In this document: positions 1 to 13,045 of the stretch, in pieces
How positions within the stretch are numbered: the first letter of the stretch is position 1
Layout: the number at the start of each line of letters is the position of its first letter
Assembly (NCBI RefSeq): GCF_006345805.1
Contig: NC_042998.1
Location: 12,090,001-12,154,000, forward strand
DNA: 64,000 nt
Source: Octopus sinensis
Lineage: Eukaryota
Direction of reading: 5' to 3'
The notes under the pieces: model-generated
Told to the model about the DNA's origin: nothing
What the model saw: the letters and a program-made list of their open reading frames with translations, nothing else
The model's database searches: none
Made by a program: the position numbers and the translations under genes

Positions 1-1139
1 ATTTCTCCTACTGAGACAGAATCATTTTGAAACCAGCTGTTGTGATGATTATAACTTTTCGCCATTAATCATTGAAATCCTCCATTACTTCTTCCAAATT
101 ACTTGCAGCAGGTGTATACATGTATTTCACATTATTTTAAGTGCTTACAACGTTTGTCTTATAATACTATTTATTATATTTGATAAAAGAGGAGAAAAAA
201 CATCTCAAATCTCATCGTTCGAATTAAATATAAAGTGATAACGTCAAGACTTTTCTTGCGCAGAATACATTCTGATTTTTAATAAGCCAATGAAAAGAAA
301 TATATGGACGGGCAACAGAATTTGAAAGTGTGTCTTACTCTATTTCGAATTTCAGTTAGTGAAGCGAGTGATGTATTATTTTTAATGACTATAACAGAAA
401 AAATCAACCAGAATATGAACATATGTTATCCAACCATAAGCTGTTTAAGCTTATATAATAAAGTTAGCTTTAAAACTTTTAATGGAAGGACCAATAAAAA
501 CTAACCAGAAATAATTATATGGTAAAGATAAATTCACAATCATCTAGGACTAATGTTTCCTTTACTTTTTTCAACTACGAAATGGAAACTTCGGAGTACT
601 TTGCTCTCCTTCTTTGCAATTTGGGAAAGATTGTTGAAGAAACAAAGTTACATAGAAATTGAATTGTTTGCACATAAAATAATTGAAAACAGTACATCAC
701 ACAAAATATTTTTCTATGACAAATGTAGAAATACTGTCCAGAACGATGGGAAAGAAATCTTGCCAGTTTTCGTCACGACTATTGGTACACATCCATATGT
801 AAGCATAAACGTAATATTCACACCGTATTTATGTAAATACACCGACACTACACTGGACAAATATATTTATTTTTACAGTAATTTAAGCAATATATGTTCG
901 CACGAACAATGCATTTGTACGCATCACTTGAGAAAAAGCGAATGTAATAGCAATTCTTATTGCAAATATACAATTGCTTCTAGAAGCCTGCACTCTTATA
1001 AACGCATACACATTCAGACATATGCACGTACTTCCACACACAGAGACATACACATAGACGCACACATGTAAATGCACACATATATGTACATATATATACA
1101 TACATATAAATATATTTCTATATCTATCTATCTATCTAT

Positions 1140-1142
1140 CTA

Positions 1143-1201
<59 letters not shown>
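1140..1201. repeat. (TA)n microsatellite, one of more than 30 in the window
   Basis: Direct reading; source of the poly-IY ORFs. Confidence 0.95.
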
Positions 1202-1205
<4 letters not shown>

Positions 1206-1266
1206 CAATTGTTCGTTTGTCTTCCACCTGCCTTCGTCTTTTGTCTATTTTCATAAAGCTTCCCGT

Positions 1267-1312
<46 letters not shown>

Positions 1313-2052
1313 GAATGTATATATATACATATATATTTGTATATTCTTAGCTATGTTATAAAGTTCGTGGATGAAAGTATGCAGGGTGAATTTATAACCG
1401 CTTATCAGAGCGATAGAGTGACTATATACATCATCACTATTAATACAACCTACATCAGTAATTATATTATTATTATTATTATTATTGCTATATTATTAAT
1501 GGTAGTAGTAATACTAATAGTAGTAAAAGCAGCAACAGTAATATTTGCAGTAGTTGTGGTGGTGGTGGTGGTGGTAGTATTAATAATAAATTTTCATCGA
1601 TGGACAGAAACTTGAGACAGAGAAGAGACTCTTAAGAATGTGATGTTAACAGCGGATAAGAAGGAAATAAAACATTCTTGTGAATATCAATCTCAAGACA
1701 TTTGAAGACACACACATCATACAGATACATATATATACACACGCACACACAGACTCACGTAGATACTCAAACACAGAAAACACACACACCGTCACACACT
1801 TATACAAACAGAGTCACACACTCATAGAGGCTCAAACGCAGAAACACTTGCACACTCACAAGCACAAACCAAGTTACACTTATGTCCGTATGTACATATC
1901 TAGAAATGCTAGCTCACGTGTACGTGATATTCGAATCGTCTGAATGTAAAGCTTTATGGCTTGGAAAATCTCTCGCGCATTATAGCGAAATATTCGAAAA
2001 ATTATGTGTTAACTGAAGCCTCAACAACTGCTGCAACATCAGCACAACAGCA

Positions 2053-2140
<88 letters not shown>

Positions 2141-2151
2141 ATACTACTACT
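2053..2151. repeat. (CTA)n microsatellite
   Basis: About 33 CTA units; explains the poly-L, poly-V and poly-S ORFs at 1961-2400. Confidence 0.95.
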
Positions 2152-2879
2152 TGTAAGAGAGCTTCTGTGTGCAGGGTTGTATTGGAAACAATGCAAACAG
2201 CGAATGCGAAAATACTTGAGCTGCGGCATACTAGTCGAAGTGTCATGTTTAAAAAATGGATGAAAGAACCTCGGCAGATTTCTGGTCATTCTCCGAAATA
2301 ATAATTTCGAGTCTGGGAAGTAAGAAAGCTTCCGGGCTGCGCTATATACGAGCATCCATCGCTGTTTCGGATGAGGTAACGCAGAAACTAAAATAAACAC
2401 AACATATGTTTAACGAACCTTTTCTCTTCCTTTCTCTATGTAGGATGAATAGCACAAGTCTTAAATACGCTAGCCAACGAGGATCTATTCAGGATAATTC
2501 AAATAATAAGCGACCAGTTTATATCATCGTCAAACTTCCGAACTAAAGGATTTTAGACTTTAGATTGAGCAACGGAGACACAAAGAGAATGAACCATCAG
2601 AAAAAAAGTATGGATATATGAAAAAGGAGGTCCATGCATACCAAAGAGATATTAATGTAGAATGAACACTGCATTCAGACTTTATATCTCGTTATTACGT
2701 ATCTACTCCCTCTTCTAGCTTCCAGTGTTTGTTTCTGACACATGGCTAAAGGATTGTATGTATATGTGTCCATGTGTGCGTGTCTGTAAGTGTGTGCGCC
2801 GGCGTCTGTGTGTATGTATGTATGTGTGTGTGTGTGTGTGTGTTTGTATTTTAAAAAGAATAATCGCTACGATACTTCT

Positions 2880-3135
2880 TATTCACGAGCCTCCTTCTTT
2901 CTAATGGCGAACCATTCAATTGATCGTCGATAAAATGAAGTCCCAGTTCAACACTGAGTTTATTGTATCGATTATTCGCCTCCTCTCAAAATTGCTGGCC
3001 TGGGCCAAAATCAGAAGGTATAAGCCGGCGAGGGCAGGTTAGTGCATCGAAAAGAAAGCTTAGCAGTATTTCTTCTAGCTCTTTAATTCTGAGGTGAAAT
3101 GCCGCCGAAATCAATTTAGCATTTTACTCTTTCGG
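2880..3135 (+). mobile_element. Two diverged fragments of SINE family B
   Basis: Degenerate matches to family B motifs seen in younger copies (gtcgataaaat..gt.ccagtt; gcttagc.gtatttc; ttctgag..aaat.ccgccga). Confidence 0.4.
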
Positions 3136-3593
3136 AGTCTAATGGTATAAATTATCAGATAAGTTTCGTTATCTATTAACAATATTTGAAATAGTGATCA
3201 CTACTGTGTTTTTTTACCCAAAATATATTCCGACCATTTTTGTTTCTATATTTCGATTTCTTTCATTTTTTAAACCCATAATACATTAATTCATTGCAAG
3301 TAATGGAGATATAGTAGGCAGATTTCTTAAAATACACTGTTTTCATTCATGGCACGTCCCATTTCAATTCTTCATCGACATTATCATTGAAGTAGAGTTA
3401 ATAACCGTTTGCAACCACGTAATATTTTCATTAACTAGTAATTTTCAGTGATGTCTTTCATGGTTGATTCATAAGATATTGTTTAAATCAAAGTTACTGA
3501 TTACAAGCGAAATTATAAGTACACGTACACGCAAACATTCACAACACACAATCTCCGCGAGCGCAAACACACGCAGTCACAGACGCATACATA

Positions 3594-4872
3594 CGAGGGG
3601 CGTTCAATAAGTAATGCCCCTGACCCACTTCCCATAGCAGTAGAGCAACGAAACTTGGCACAGTTATTAGTCTTCTTTTACATAGGAATCACCCAGAGTT
3701 ACGCATTTCTCCCATCGTTTGATGCAGCTCTGGAGACCGTTTTTGTAGAAGACCCCCAGTTTGGTCCTCCAACCAAAACGTGACTTCAGAAATCAAGGCT
3801 GCATCATCTGGGAAATGCTTTCCTTTCAAAAACAACTTCATGGCTGGAAAGAGGAGAAAATCAGAGGGTGCAAGGTCAGGATAGTAGGGGGGATGGGGGA
3901 GGGGTTCATAGCCGCACGCCTGTGTTTCTGATCTGGCGACATGCGAGCTGTGGACCGGAGCGTTGTCCTGCAGGAGGACGATGCCTTTGCTGATCTTGCT
4001 CCGCCTTTTGATTTTGATAACTTCTCTTAATTTCCTCAAAAGTGAAGCATAATAGGCTCCTGTAATTGTGGTACCCTTTGCCAGGAAATCTGTCATCACT
4101 ACTCTGTCCTGGTCCCAGAAGACTGTGAGCATGACCTTGCCAGCGGAGGGCTGCACCTTTGCCTTCTTTAGAGGAGGTGAGTCATGGTGCTTCCACTGCA
4201 TTGACTGGGCTTTGGTCTCTGGATCATAGTGATGGACCCAGGTTTCATCCTGTGTAATCAGTCTTTTGAAAACTTTTGACTCATCTTCTTGGCACATCTC
4301 CAAATTCATCCTCGAGCACTCGACGGGTTCTTGCTTCTGGAAAGGTGTGAGCAACCTGGGAATCCATCTAGCAGACACCTTTTGCATATGCAAATGGTCA
4401 TGAATGATAGTTTCCACAGACCCGGTACTAATCTTGATCTCTTGGGCTATTTGGCGAATAGTTATGCGTCGATCTTCCAAAATGGCAGTCTCAACTTGAC
4501 GGACAGATGCCTCATCAATAGCAGAAGGGGGCGACCAGATCTGGGAGCTGTTTCCACAGAGTTCCGACCATGTTTGAATTCACGATGCCAGCGTTTTACA
4601 AGGTCATATGATGGGGCATCATCACCATAAGTTACTTTCATTTCATCAAAAGTCTCCCGTGGTGTGCGTCCTTTCAAATACAAAAACCGGATCACTGCTC
4701 GACACTCAACAGGTTCCATTTCACACTTGACTCAGTTCAAACACCTGTAAATCAGAAACTACAATTAGTTCAGAGCTGTAATTTGCCGCTTAATCTATAG
4801 AGATATGAATAATTTCAGCTAGATCAAATAACTGCATGTGGGTCAGAGGCATTACTTATTGAACGTCCCTCG
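3594..4872 (-). mobile_element. Full-length mariner transposon (DD34D, irritans/Hsmar2-like)
   Basis: About 34-bp TIRs (cgaggggcgttcaataagtaatgcccctgaccca and its near-perfect inverse), TA duplication at both ends, 1279 bp, transposase on the minus strand. Confidence 0.96.
3689..4719 (-). pseudogene. Mariner transposase broken by frameshifts
   Basis: ORF 4462-4719 (HTH, RSGRP) joins ORF 3689-4480 with WIPRLL, DETWV, QDNAPVH and YYPDLAPSDF; 34 residues between the second and third catalytic D. Frameshifts near 4520 and near the C-terminus. Confidence 0.93.
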
Positions 4873-5745
4873 TATATACATGTCAATGACTACGTATCTG
4901 TGTCTGACTGCACTCAGGTGGGTATGGGTGGCTTATGGGTGAATGCCTTTGAGTGCGCGTGTGTGTGTGTATAGGTATGTATGTGTGAGTGTATTTGTGT
5001 GTGTGTGTGCGTGCGTGCGCTGCTGTTGATTTCTTAGAAAGTTGTGTACTTTTTGTGTTATTCTGGAAACCCGATGATTTCCACCGGATCACTACAGAGA
5101 TTTTTACTAATTTCAGAATCAGGTAAACTTTATTTAGTCCTACTTTTGCAGTTTCTTTATGAGTGACAGGTTACAAGTGCAATCATATTTAGAGCTGCTG
5201 ACTCTTTCACAAAAATTTGGAAGTGAAGCGAGTAATATTCCAAGCCACTTACGTGTTGGTTTGTATTTATATACTGCCAGCTGATCAAGGCTGTTTGTTC
5301 CACTATATACCTTCATGGGTGTCCATGTTTTTGATGGGGTGGTTTGCAATAAATTTCTGTATGTGAAATTGGTTAAAGTGAACACTTACTTTTCGGATAC
5401 TACAGGTGAATCTGCATTGGTTGAGACAGCCGGAAGCCGAATGATCGCTGTATTTTACATGAAAATATAATTCTAGACTGATAAACTAACAAGAAATAGG
5501 GTTCTATCACTCGCATATGGTCTTGAGGCGCGATTGCTCATTATAACATACGCGTCTATGGTCCCGCTGAAGTGTCATTGAGCATAAATTGGGATCTTAC
5601 AATTCTTTAACAGGGATTCTCCTATTTGTCAATGTGGGTTTATATCTTCTTCGTCGAGAAACCTTCTTGGTGAAGCAGAGTTAGTTGTCCGCGAACGGAC
5701 CATATAGCAGATTATAGCGGTTTACATGTTACATAAAGCATAAGT

Positions 5746-6126
5746 GGAAGCGCAATGGCCCAGTGGTTAGGGCAGCGGACTCGCGGTCGTAGGATCGCAG
5801 TTTCGATTCCCAGACCGGGCGTTGTGAGTGTTTATTGAGCGAAAACACCTAAAAAGCTTTACGAGGCTCCGGCAGGGGATGGTGGTGATCCCTGCTGTAC
5901 TCTTTCACCACAACTTTCTCTCACTCTTACTTCTTGTTTCTGTGGTACCTGTATTTCAAAGGGCCGGCCTTGTCACTCTCTGTGTCACGCTGAATATCCC
6001 CGAGAAGTACGTTAAAGGTACACGTGTCTGTGGAGTGCTCAGCCACTAACACGTTAATTTCACGAGCAGGCTGTTCCGTTGATTCGGATCAACCGGATCC
6101 CTCGTCGTCGTAACCGACGGAGTGCT
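5746..6126 (+). mobile_element. tRNA-derived SINE, family C
   Basis: A-box-like tggcccagtggttagg and B-box-like gtttcgattcc head, followed by about 300 bp of non-tRNA body ending gtaaccgacggagtgc. Confidence 0.75.
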
Positions 6127-6465
6127 TCCTCCCTCACATAAAGCATATCTAACAAAGCAAAAAACACACACAAACACACACACACATGCACTCATACACA
6201 TACATACACATTGTCTTACACACATTCTTACAAACAGTCTTACACACGTATATATAACAAAGATATGTATAAATATGAAAATTCAACGACCTTAAAGTTT
6301 GACAGTAATTTAAGCATATCATTACACTTATAAACTAAGTAAACGTAACGAAATTATAAACTAACAATACTCCTACTGATGCAGATGACCTCGCACAATA
6401 ACTACAATCTCCAACGTAACTGCATGGCTAAGGATATTGTGTGCCAATATCTATTTTAATCAAAA

Positions 6466-6680
6466 AGTAGCGCGCTGGCAGAATCGTTGGCAAAAGCTAA
6501 GTGCTTAGCGGTATTTCGCCCGTCTTTACGTTCTGATTTCAAATACTGTCGGGGTCGACTTGTCTCTTATTCTTTAAGGGGAGTGGTGATAAAATAAGTA
6601 CCAGTTGAGCATTGGGTCGCTGTAATCAACTAACTGCTGCACCCGACGTACTGGCATTGTACCAAATTGGAAATCAACAT
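6466..6680 (+). mobile_element. SINE family B, diverged
   Basis: gcgctggcagaatcgtt...gcttagcggtatttcg...aagtaccagttg matches copies at 23466, 24879 and 29036. Confidence 0.75.
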
Positions 6681-7193
6681 TTATTATAATCAAATTTATT
6701 AAAGCCTAAAACTTATAGCTGTATGATCAATACGTAACCCAGCAAAATAACGACATGTTTCGGCACAGAGATTCCATTGCGAAGAACGACAGGAGAGCAA
6801 TATCAACTGTTGTAATCTTTCAAAATTGACGGATGCCCGTATCATTTTCAACTAAGACCGTTAACTAAGTTGTCATTTCGGAAAATCCGAATTGTGTTCA
6901 GCCAAAATTTAATTCGTATTTATCTAAAAGTCAATATTCGTATGCCTATATTAGGTAAGGTATTTACGCCATATTCCTGTTACGAAGACTTAACATGGCA
7001 ACTGCCTTATGAGGTTTTCCCTATATAATATTAAATTATATAATCATTGCTAAATAATAGTGCGTGAGGTGATGTAGTATAATACTATATAATCAAACTG
7101 CTTTCTAGTTGAATCTCAAACGATAAAATGAGCCTGCTTCAAAGTTTACATTTAGGTATACAGAAACAACTAGGGAGTTTTAAATGCTGACCA

Positions 7194-7610
7194 CCGTATA
7201 TATTCAGCTATATGTCGCACATTTCCCCTGAAAGTTTTACCTAAAGCTGGGGGTGCGAATTATAAGCGCATCCTATAAAAAGTAACTTCATATATTTTCT
7301 AGGTACAAGCCACTTCTGAAATTCCGACACTTGGAATAACCGAAACGGATGAAATTTTACGTTATATACAACGGTTTCTAAAATGCATGGATTTAATGGG
7401 ATAACAGTTGTTGAAAGTCATCTTCAGCTTACTGAAAGCTCGGTTACTGAACAACTATGTTCGCGCGATTCCTAATCGAACTTTACTCACCAACATCAAA
7501 AATGTCGCCACGACTTATAGTCGGATCAATGATAAAATTCCAGTTTTCAACCTTCTATGAGGGAGTGTGCGTCTTATAGACGAGGGCGTTTTATAGTCGA
7601 GTATATACGG
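7194..7610. mobile_element. MITE with pogo/Tc1-type termini
   Basis: ccgtatatattcagctata at the left end and tatagtcgagtatatacgg at the right end are imperfect inverses; TA on the right and CA on the left; no ORF. Confidence 0.75.
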
Positions 7611-7713
7611 TATTTGTTGGGTGATTAAAATTTATGCCGATCTATAAAACTATCAATTGCACTGAATATGGAGTAGCTGCACTAAAATTCGAAGTCCTGA
7701 ATATGAATGTTCC

Positions 7714-7780
<67 letters not shown>

Positions 7781-7966
7781 AATCTTTTTTTTTCTTTTTT
7801 CTTTTATTTATTTATTTTTTTTGTTCTTTTCTTCCCTTTTACGATCCCTCTTGATCGAAAACCTACGCCACCCCTTTTTTTTTTGTTTTTTTCATCCCCC
7901 AAAAGAAAAGCTCTACCTTGTAACTTGTCCCATCTGTGTGCAGCCCTGTGTGGCCAATAAAGAAAC

Positions 7967-7969
<3 letters not shown>
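7781..7969 (+). mobile_element. 5'-truncated 3' UTR of an L1/Tx1-like LINE inside (TCTA)n
   Basis: Matches the 3' ends at 41139-42777, ends AATAAAGAAACTTA, and has (TCTA)n on both sides (7715-7780, 7970-8044). Confidence 0.8.
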
Positions 7970-8044
<75 letters not shown>

Positions 8045-8510
8045 CTCTATCTCTGTGTGTGTGTGTCTGTCTGTGTGTATGTCTGTGGTTCTGTCTGTGT
8101 GTCTGTCTGTGTATGTGTCTGTCTGTCTGTATGTCTATGTGTCTGTTTGTCTGCCTGCTTGTCTACCGGTCTGTCTGTCTGCTGTCTTTTCACCAGTATC
8201 ATCCTTAAGCAGTGTTTATGCATAAGCAAATTTTAAGTGGATTAAAATATGCTCATGACATATTTCAACTTCGAAAGGCAAATTCATTGTAGTTACCATG
8301 GTGAAACAAAATTAGATGAGTGAATTGCATCTTAATGCAGAAACACCTGTAAGCTAATGAAGTTCATGACAATTTCGTATGGCATTTTGCCATTTTAATT
8401 TCTGACACACACACACACACACACACACTCTCTCTCTCTCTCTCTCTCTCTCGCTCTCTCTTCTCTCTCTCTCTCTCTCTCACGCACACACACACATACA
8501 TGTATACATA

Positions 8511-9681
8511 CAAGCTGCGATGCGTAAGATTGTCGCTATTTTATATTTTTAATTTCGCTCATGCAAATTGTTTGTTTTTGAGTTTGTCGACTGCACAGTA
8601 GAGTAGGGTCAGTTGGGCACCGTTTGTAAGAAAAATAAGACCATGATGCAACTTACTCTGCCAAAAATTTGGAAACGACATGCTGTAATGCTTGGCATTC
8701 GCACCGGAAGCTCCAATATGAACATTTCAGAGTGTTTGGGTGTCAATCTGAGGACAGTGCAGAGGATTCGGAACGAGTCGGATGAGTCTAAAGGTCATTA
8801 CGAAGGGACGGCAGCTAGGAAAACTCACTCCGATCGCTCTTATAAGAAAAGAACTACTGAATTTGTTGGTGAGAACCAGGCCATGATTGACAACGATCCC
8901 TCCAAGTCAATCAGGTCCATCGCCAAGGACATGGGAGTTTCTTATCAGGCAGGTAGTGCATGAAGATATTCGGTATTCCTCATACAAGGTGAAAAACGGC
9001 CAATTTTTATTCGAAGCTATCAATGACAAGAGAGAAGACCGCTCCACGTAGCTTTTGAATAAGCTCAAGCATCCCCTCCAACTGAACATGTTTTGGTTTT
9101 TCTGAGTCGAGAAACATTCTGCCAGGATTATATGGTGAACTCACAGAACAACGTTTGGCTTGCCGTGACCCCAAAACATGTACCAAGATCGATAAAAATC
9201 AAACATCCAGTCAACATTATGCTGTTTCGAGTGATGACTAGTGATGGAGTCGTTATGCCTCCATTCATCTTCCCACACGACCTCAGAATCAACACGGAGG
9301 TCTCCATTAAGTGCCGAGAGGAGGTCAAGAGAGTGGCTACTAGAAGACCCTATGTCTGGCAACAAGACTCTGCATCATGCCACACAAGCAAGAGAACCCA
9401 ATTAAGGCTGTGGGACAATTTCTGCGACTACATCTCTGCAAACATCTGGCCACCTAACTCTCCAGATGCAACCACGTTGATTATTATATGTTGTAACACC
9501 GAAGATGAACTAAAGGCGATTCCGCCGTCGTCTTGAGGCTCTGGTTAGAGCCAATGGCGATTTTATTGAATAAACCTACTCTTTAGTATTTCAGGTTATT
9601 TTTCGGTAATTGTGGCAAATATATCTGTTAAAATGAGATGTCAGTGTTATTTTCATTTTTGCGTAATTTAAACCACATTGT
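8511..9681 (+). mobile_element. Decayed maT/Bmmar1-like (DD37D) Tc1/mariner transposon
   Basis: ORFs 8613-8963 (HTH; SIRSIAKDMGVS) and 9093-9536 (HPVNIM, MPPFIF, WQQDSASCHTS, WPPNSPD). A frameshift-corrected DCNPLDY motif gives 37 spacing; multiple stops. Confidence 0.85.
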
Positions 9682-10194
9682 GTGTGTATGTATGTATACT
9701 TATATACACTCGTAAACACAGACATATGTAATGAACTCAACATCCATACAGTTTCCCAAAAGAGAATTCCACAGAGAACCTATTCGTCAACCCGAGGCAC
9801 AAATAGAAAATTCCAGGTAAATCTAATGTGGTTAAGTGAAGTTCTTCACTGACATAACCTTTCGTGGTGAATAATAAGTGAAATGTGTCACTTTCAGTTT
9901 TTCATCAATAATTTAAATCCCATCACGATTTACTTTCTATGCTACAAGCTACAATGTTAAGAAGTAATGATTACTTTATATGTATCTCTTCAGGAGAGAA
10001 CACACTTTAGCTATCATGTGTATGTCTCCATGGACGTTAAACAAAGAAAGGAAACAATTAGCGTTAATATCAAGCTTTTGACATTTGCTCATTGTCTCCA
10101 ACCCGCAGGAATTGCTAAAAGCACCGGAAGAATTTGTGTTATAAAGGAACACAAGCCGCATTATAAAGAAAATTCAGAATACTCTTCTATGTTG

Positions 10195-10352
10195 AATATA
10201 TAGAATTCTTATATACTTTTCTATATAGAATATGTAGAATTCTTATTTACTCCTTATAGAATATATAGACTTCTTATATACTTTTCTATATAGAATATGT
10301 AGAATTCTTATATACTCTTCTGTATAGAATATATAGAATCTATATAGAATAC
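10195..10352. repeat. AT-rich minisatellite, about 33-35 bp unit, about 4.5 copies
   Basis: Recurring tagaattcttatatacttttctatatagaatatg-type unit. Confidence 0.85.
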
Positions 10353-11569
10353 TTAAATAATATTCTTGTTTATGTACACTAAAATTTATGCGCAATATTT
10401 TACCAGCAATTTGTTTTATATATGTGCATGCATATGCAGATATATACTCATATATATACTGATAGTGTGTCCGTCGGATTTCATGATGAGTTTTCAAATA
10501 CCAGAGAAACACCAGGCTTATTTAATGAGAAAATACTGTACGCTCACGAAACCCATTTGTTTTTGCTCTATGTGCCCAGTATCAAAATAAAAGACAACAA
10601 AGCTTAAACAAAGTTTAAGAGCACCAAAACATTTGAAGAGTCCTCTAGATATTGCAGTACAGCGCAAAAAAATCCATACACAGTTGCTCACAACGACCTG
10701 CTGTTGCCAATGAAGCTTACTTAATTCTTCCTTGCTTTATTTATATATATATATGAAAGAGTATGTGCACACATTATTGTTTGCCATTGTTTGCACTGAC
10801 ATAAATATATATATACGATCGTGTTTGGTTTTAAGTGTATGTGTTTGTGTGTTCCCGTGTGTTTCAGCTTGTCATTGTACCGCTTTACGCGTTGGCAAGA
10901 AGAGATGGATAAAAACTAAGTACTGGAGGGAACTAGATCCACCGAACTCTTCAAGTTGGTGCCTCGAAATGGGCGCAGCCAAATAACAAAACAGAATGTG
11001 TAAAGTATACCCCGTGCACATAAATAGCTGTTTCTGCAAATACTTATGTACATATACATGCATATATGTATCGATGTACCATGTATATATGCATGTTACA
11101 TGTGTGTAAGTATGTATAAATTTATCTAAATATGCTGGTATATATATATATGCGAATTTCACATCACGATCATGCACATTTGAGTTTGAGCCCGCAACGT
11201 ACGTTCTAGAGTTAATGTTTATAAGCACAATTTTGAGTTAATGAAAGCTTTTTTTAGTTAAAGTGGTATAATGAAAACTTCTCAGAAGCCAGTTCAATAG
11301 ACAATATCAGAAATGTATAGACAACATAGATATACATGGATCATACATGATTCGATGTTATAAACGCACTGAAAATCTGTGAAATACCAACTGAACTGAC
11401 ATAATCCAATGACTAGGCCGATTCATTGTAGGAACAAATCGAAGAAGGCCGTCGGAAGTAACAGATACCATTTTTCATGTGATTGTTTATTAATTGATAA
11501 TGACAATATTCTTATAACAAATAATATTGCTCTCTCACTTTGTCGCTTTGTTTCTCTTTCTCTCACTCG

Positions 11570-11616
<47 letters not shown>

Positions 11617-11627
11617 TATATAAATCC

Positions 11628-11950
11628 TTAAATCCTTAAAAATGTTCTAGCCCGAAGGCCGCGGCCATGCTGGGGCACCACCGCTGAATGAGCTACACTA
11701 GTTTGTGAATCCACCTCTGATTACGTGGCACTTGATCAACAAGGGAGTTCGATGATGCTGCCCGCATCCGCCGTCTCCTGTCGTGAGGTAGGTTCATCTG
11801 GGACTCCCAACAAGAAGAGATCCAGTTTAGTTTTAAAGAAAACCCACATCCACACAATGTAAGTCTCTCAGGCATTTAGGGAGGATGTTAAAGAGCTGTG
11901 GTCCTCTGAAACCCAAGCTGTTGCAGTATCTGGACCTGTATTTTGATGGT
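11628..11950 (-). mobile_element. CR1-clade LINE 3' end with (AAGGATTT)n tail
   Basis: Minus strand reads [23 protein letters not shown]..[fs]..KLDLFLLGVPDEP, then ggtgccccagcatggccgcggccttcgggctagaac and a tandem tail. Confidence 0.8.
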
Positions 11951-11976
11951 GATATATATTATATATATATACATAC

Positions 11977-12035
<59 letters not shown>

Positions 12036-12036
12036 C

Positions 12037-12101
<65 letters not shown>

Positions 12102-12168
12102 TAGGTATAATATATATATATATATATATAATATATATTATAATATGTAATATATATAAATAAATATG

Positions 12169-12200
<32 letters not shown>

Positions 12201-12202
12201 AT

Positions 12203-12600
12203 AGGCGCAGATGTGGCTGCGTGGTAAGTGCTTGCTTTCCGACACATGGTCTCGGGTTCACTCACACTACATGGCACCTCTTCTACAATAGCCTCAGGCC
12301 GACCAAAGCGTTGTGAAGAGATTTGGTAGACGGAAACTGAAAGAATACTGTCATATATATATATAATATATATATATATGTACGTTTGTTTGTACATGTA
12401 TATGATTGCGTATCTGTGTTTATCACCACTACCATCGCCTGACAACCGATGTTGGAGTGTTTACGTCTCCCTAACTTCACGGTTCAGCAAAAGAGACCAA
12501 TAGAATAAGTACTAGGCTTACAAAGAATAAGTCCCGGGAACGTTTTGTTGGACTAAAGTCGGTGATCCAGCATCTCCGCAGTCAAATAACTGAAAAAATA
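12203..12600 (+). mobile_element. tRNA-derived SINE family A (internal TA microsatellite)
   Basis: Head ggcgcagatgtggctgcgtggtaag and tail ggtgatccagcatctccgcagtcaaataactgaaa; matches 32501, 43953 and 61069. Confidence 0.85.
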
Positions 12601-12914
12601 AAATAATAAAAAATACAAAAATATGTATGTATGCATGCAGTATGTATGTATGTATGTATGTATGTATGTATGTATGTATGTATGTATGTATGTATGTAGT
12701 ATCTATATATATATATATATTATATATATTATATATATATATATATTTGTTTATATATAATATAGGACGCGTATGTGTGTGCGTGTAGAGATGTGTATGT
12801 GAGCATAATAATGCGTGTATGGACACATATATGTGTGTATTTATATGTATGTGTGTGTATATATATATATGTATAATGAGAATTTACAAAAAAAAACTCA
12901 AAAGACAAAGACGG

Positions 12915-13045
12915 GTGTGTAAACAACAAACAGATGTATTAGTTTAACGTTCGGGAGGTGAGGAAGTCCTTTACATTTCGAGCCTACGCTCTTCGACAGA
13001 AAGGAACACCGAAATAAACAGGGAAAGAAAATTTAAAGGGTTTAG
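12915..13045 (-). mobile_element. Short interspersed repeat carrying a variant minimal hammerhead-like motif (12968-13004)
   Basis: Minus strand: ccttt CTGTCGA a gag cgtagg ctc GAAA t GTA aagg. Confidence 0.45.

Noticed and set aside
729-798. Possible plus-strand exon (AG...GTAAGC; e.g. NTVQNDGKEILPVFVTTIGTHPY)
   Set aside because: All three frames are open, there is no recognisable domain and no consistent neighbouring exon; needs RNA-seq or TBLASTN.
553-2400. Long ORFs with poly-IY, poly-L, poly-V, poly-S runs, and similar ORFs throughout the window
   Set aside because: They are translations of (TA)n, (CTA)n, (TCTA)n and (CA)n microsatellites, which lack stops in some frames.
2255-2545. 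ATG-initiated frame ending at a GT donor (2375) and a strong acceptor at 2443
   Set aside because: Splicing in phase gives an immediate stop (GAT GAA TAG); product not recognisable.
5245-5450. Two minus-strand GTAAGT donors with short open frames
   Set aside because: The implied intron would be only about 33 nt and the peptides are unrecognised.
5746-5820. tRNA-like sequence with A and B boxes (also SINE heads at 12203, 32501, 61069)
   Set aside because: It continues into a repeated SINE body and lacks a complete cloverleaf acceptor stem; not a tRNA gene.
7370-7430. Incidental CTGANGA...GAAA matches (also near 28525, 48930-48960, 52790-52820)
   Set aside because: No stem I or stem II complementarity; expected by chance in AT-rich DNA.
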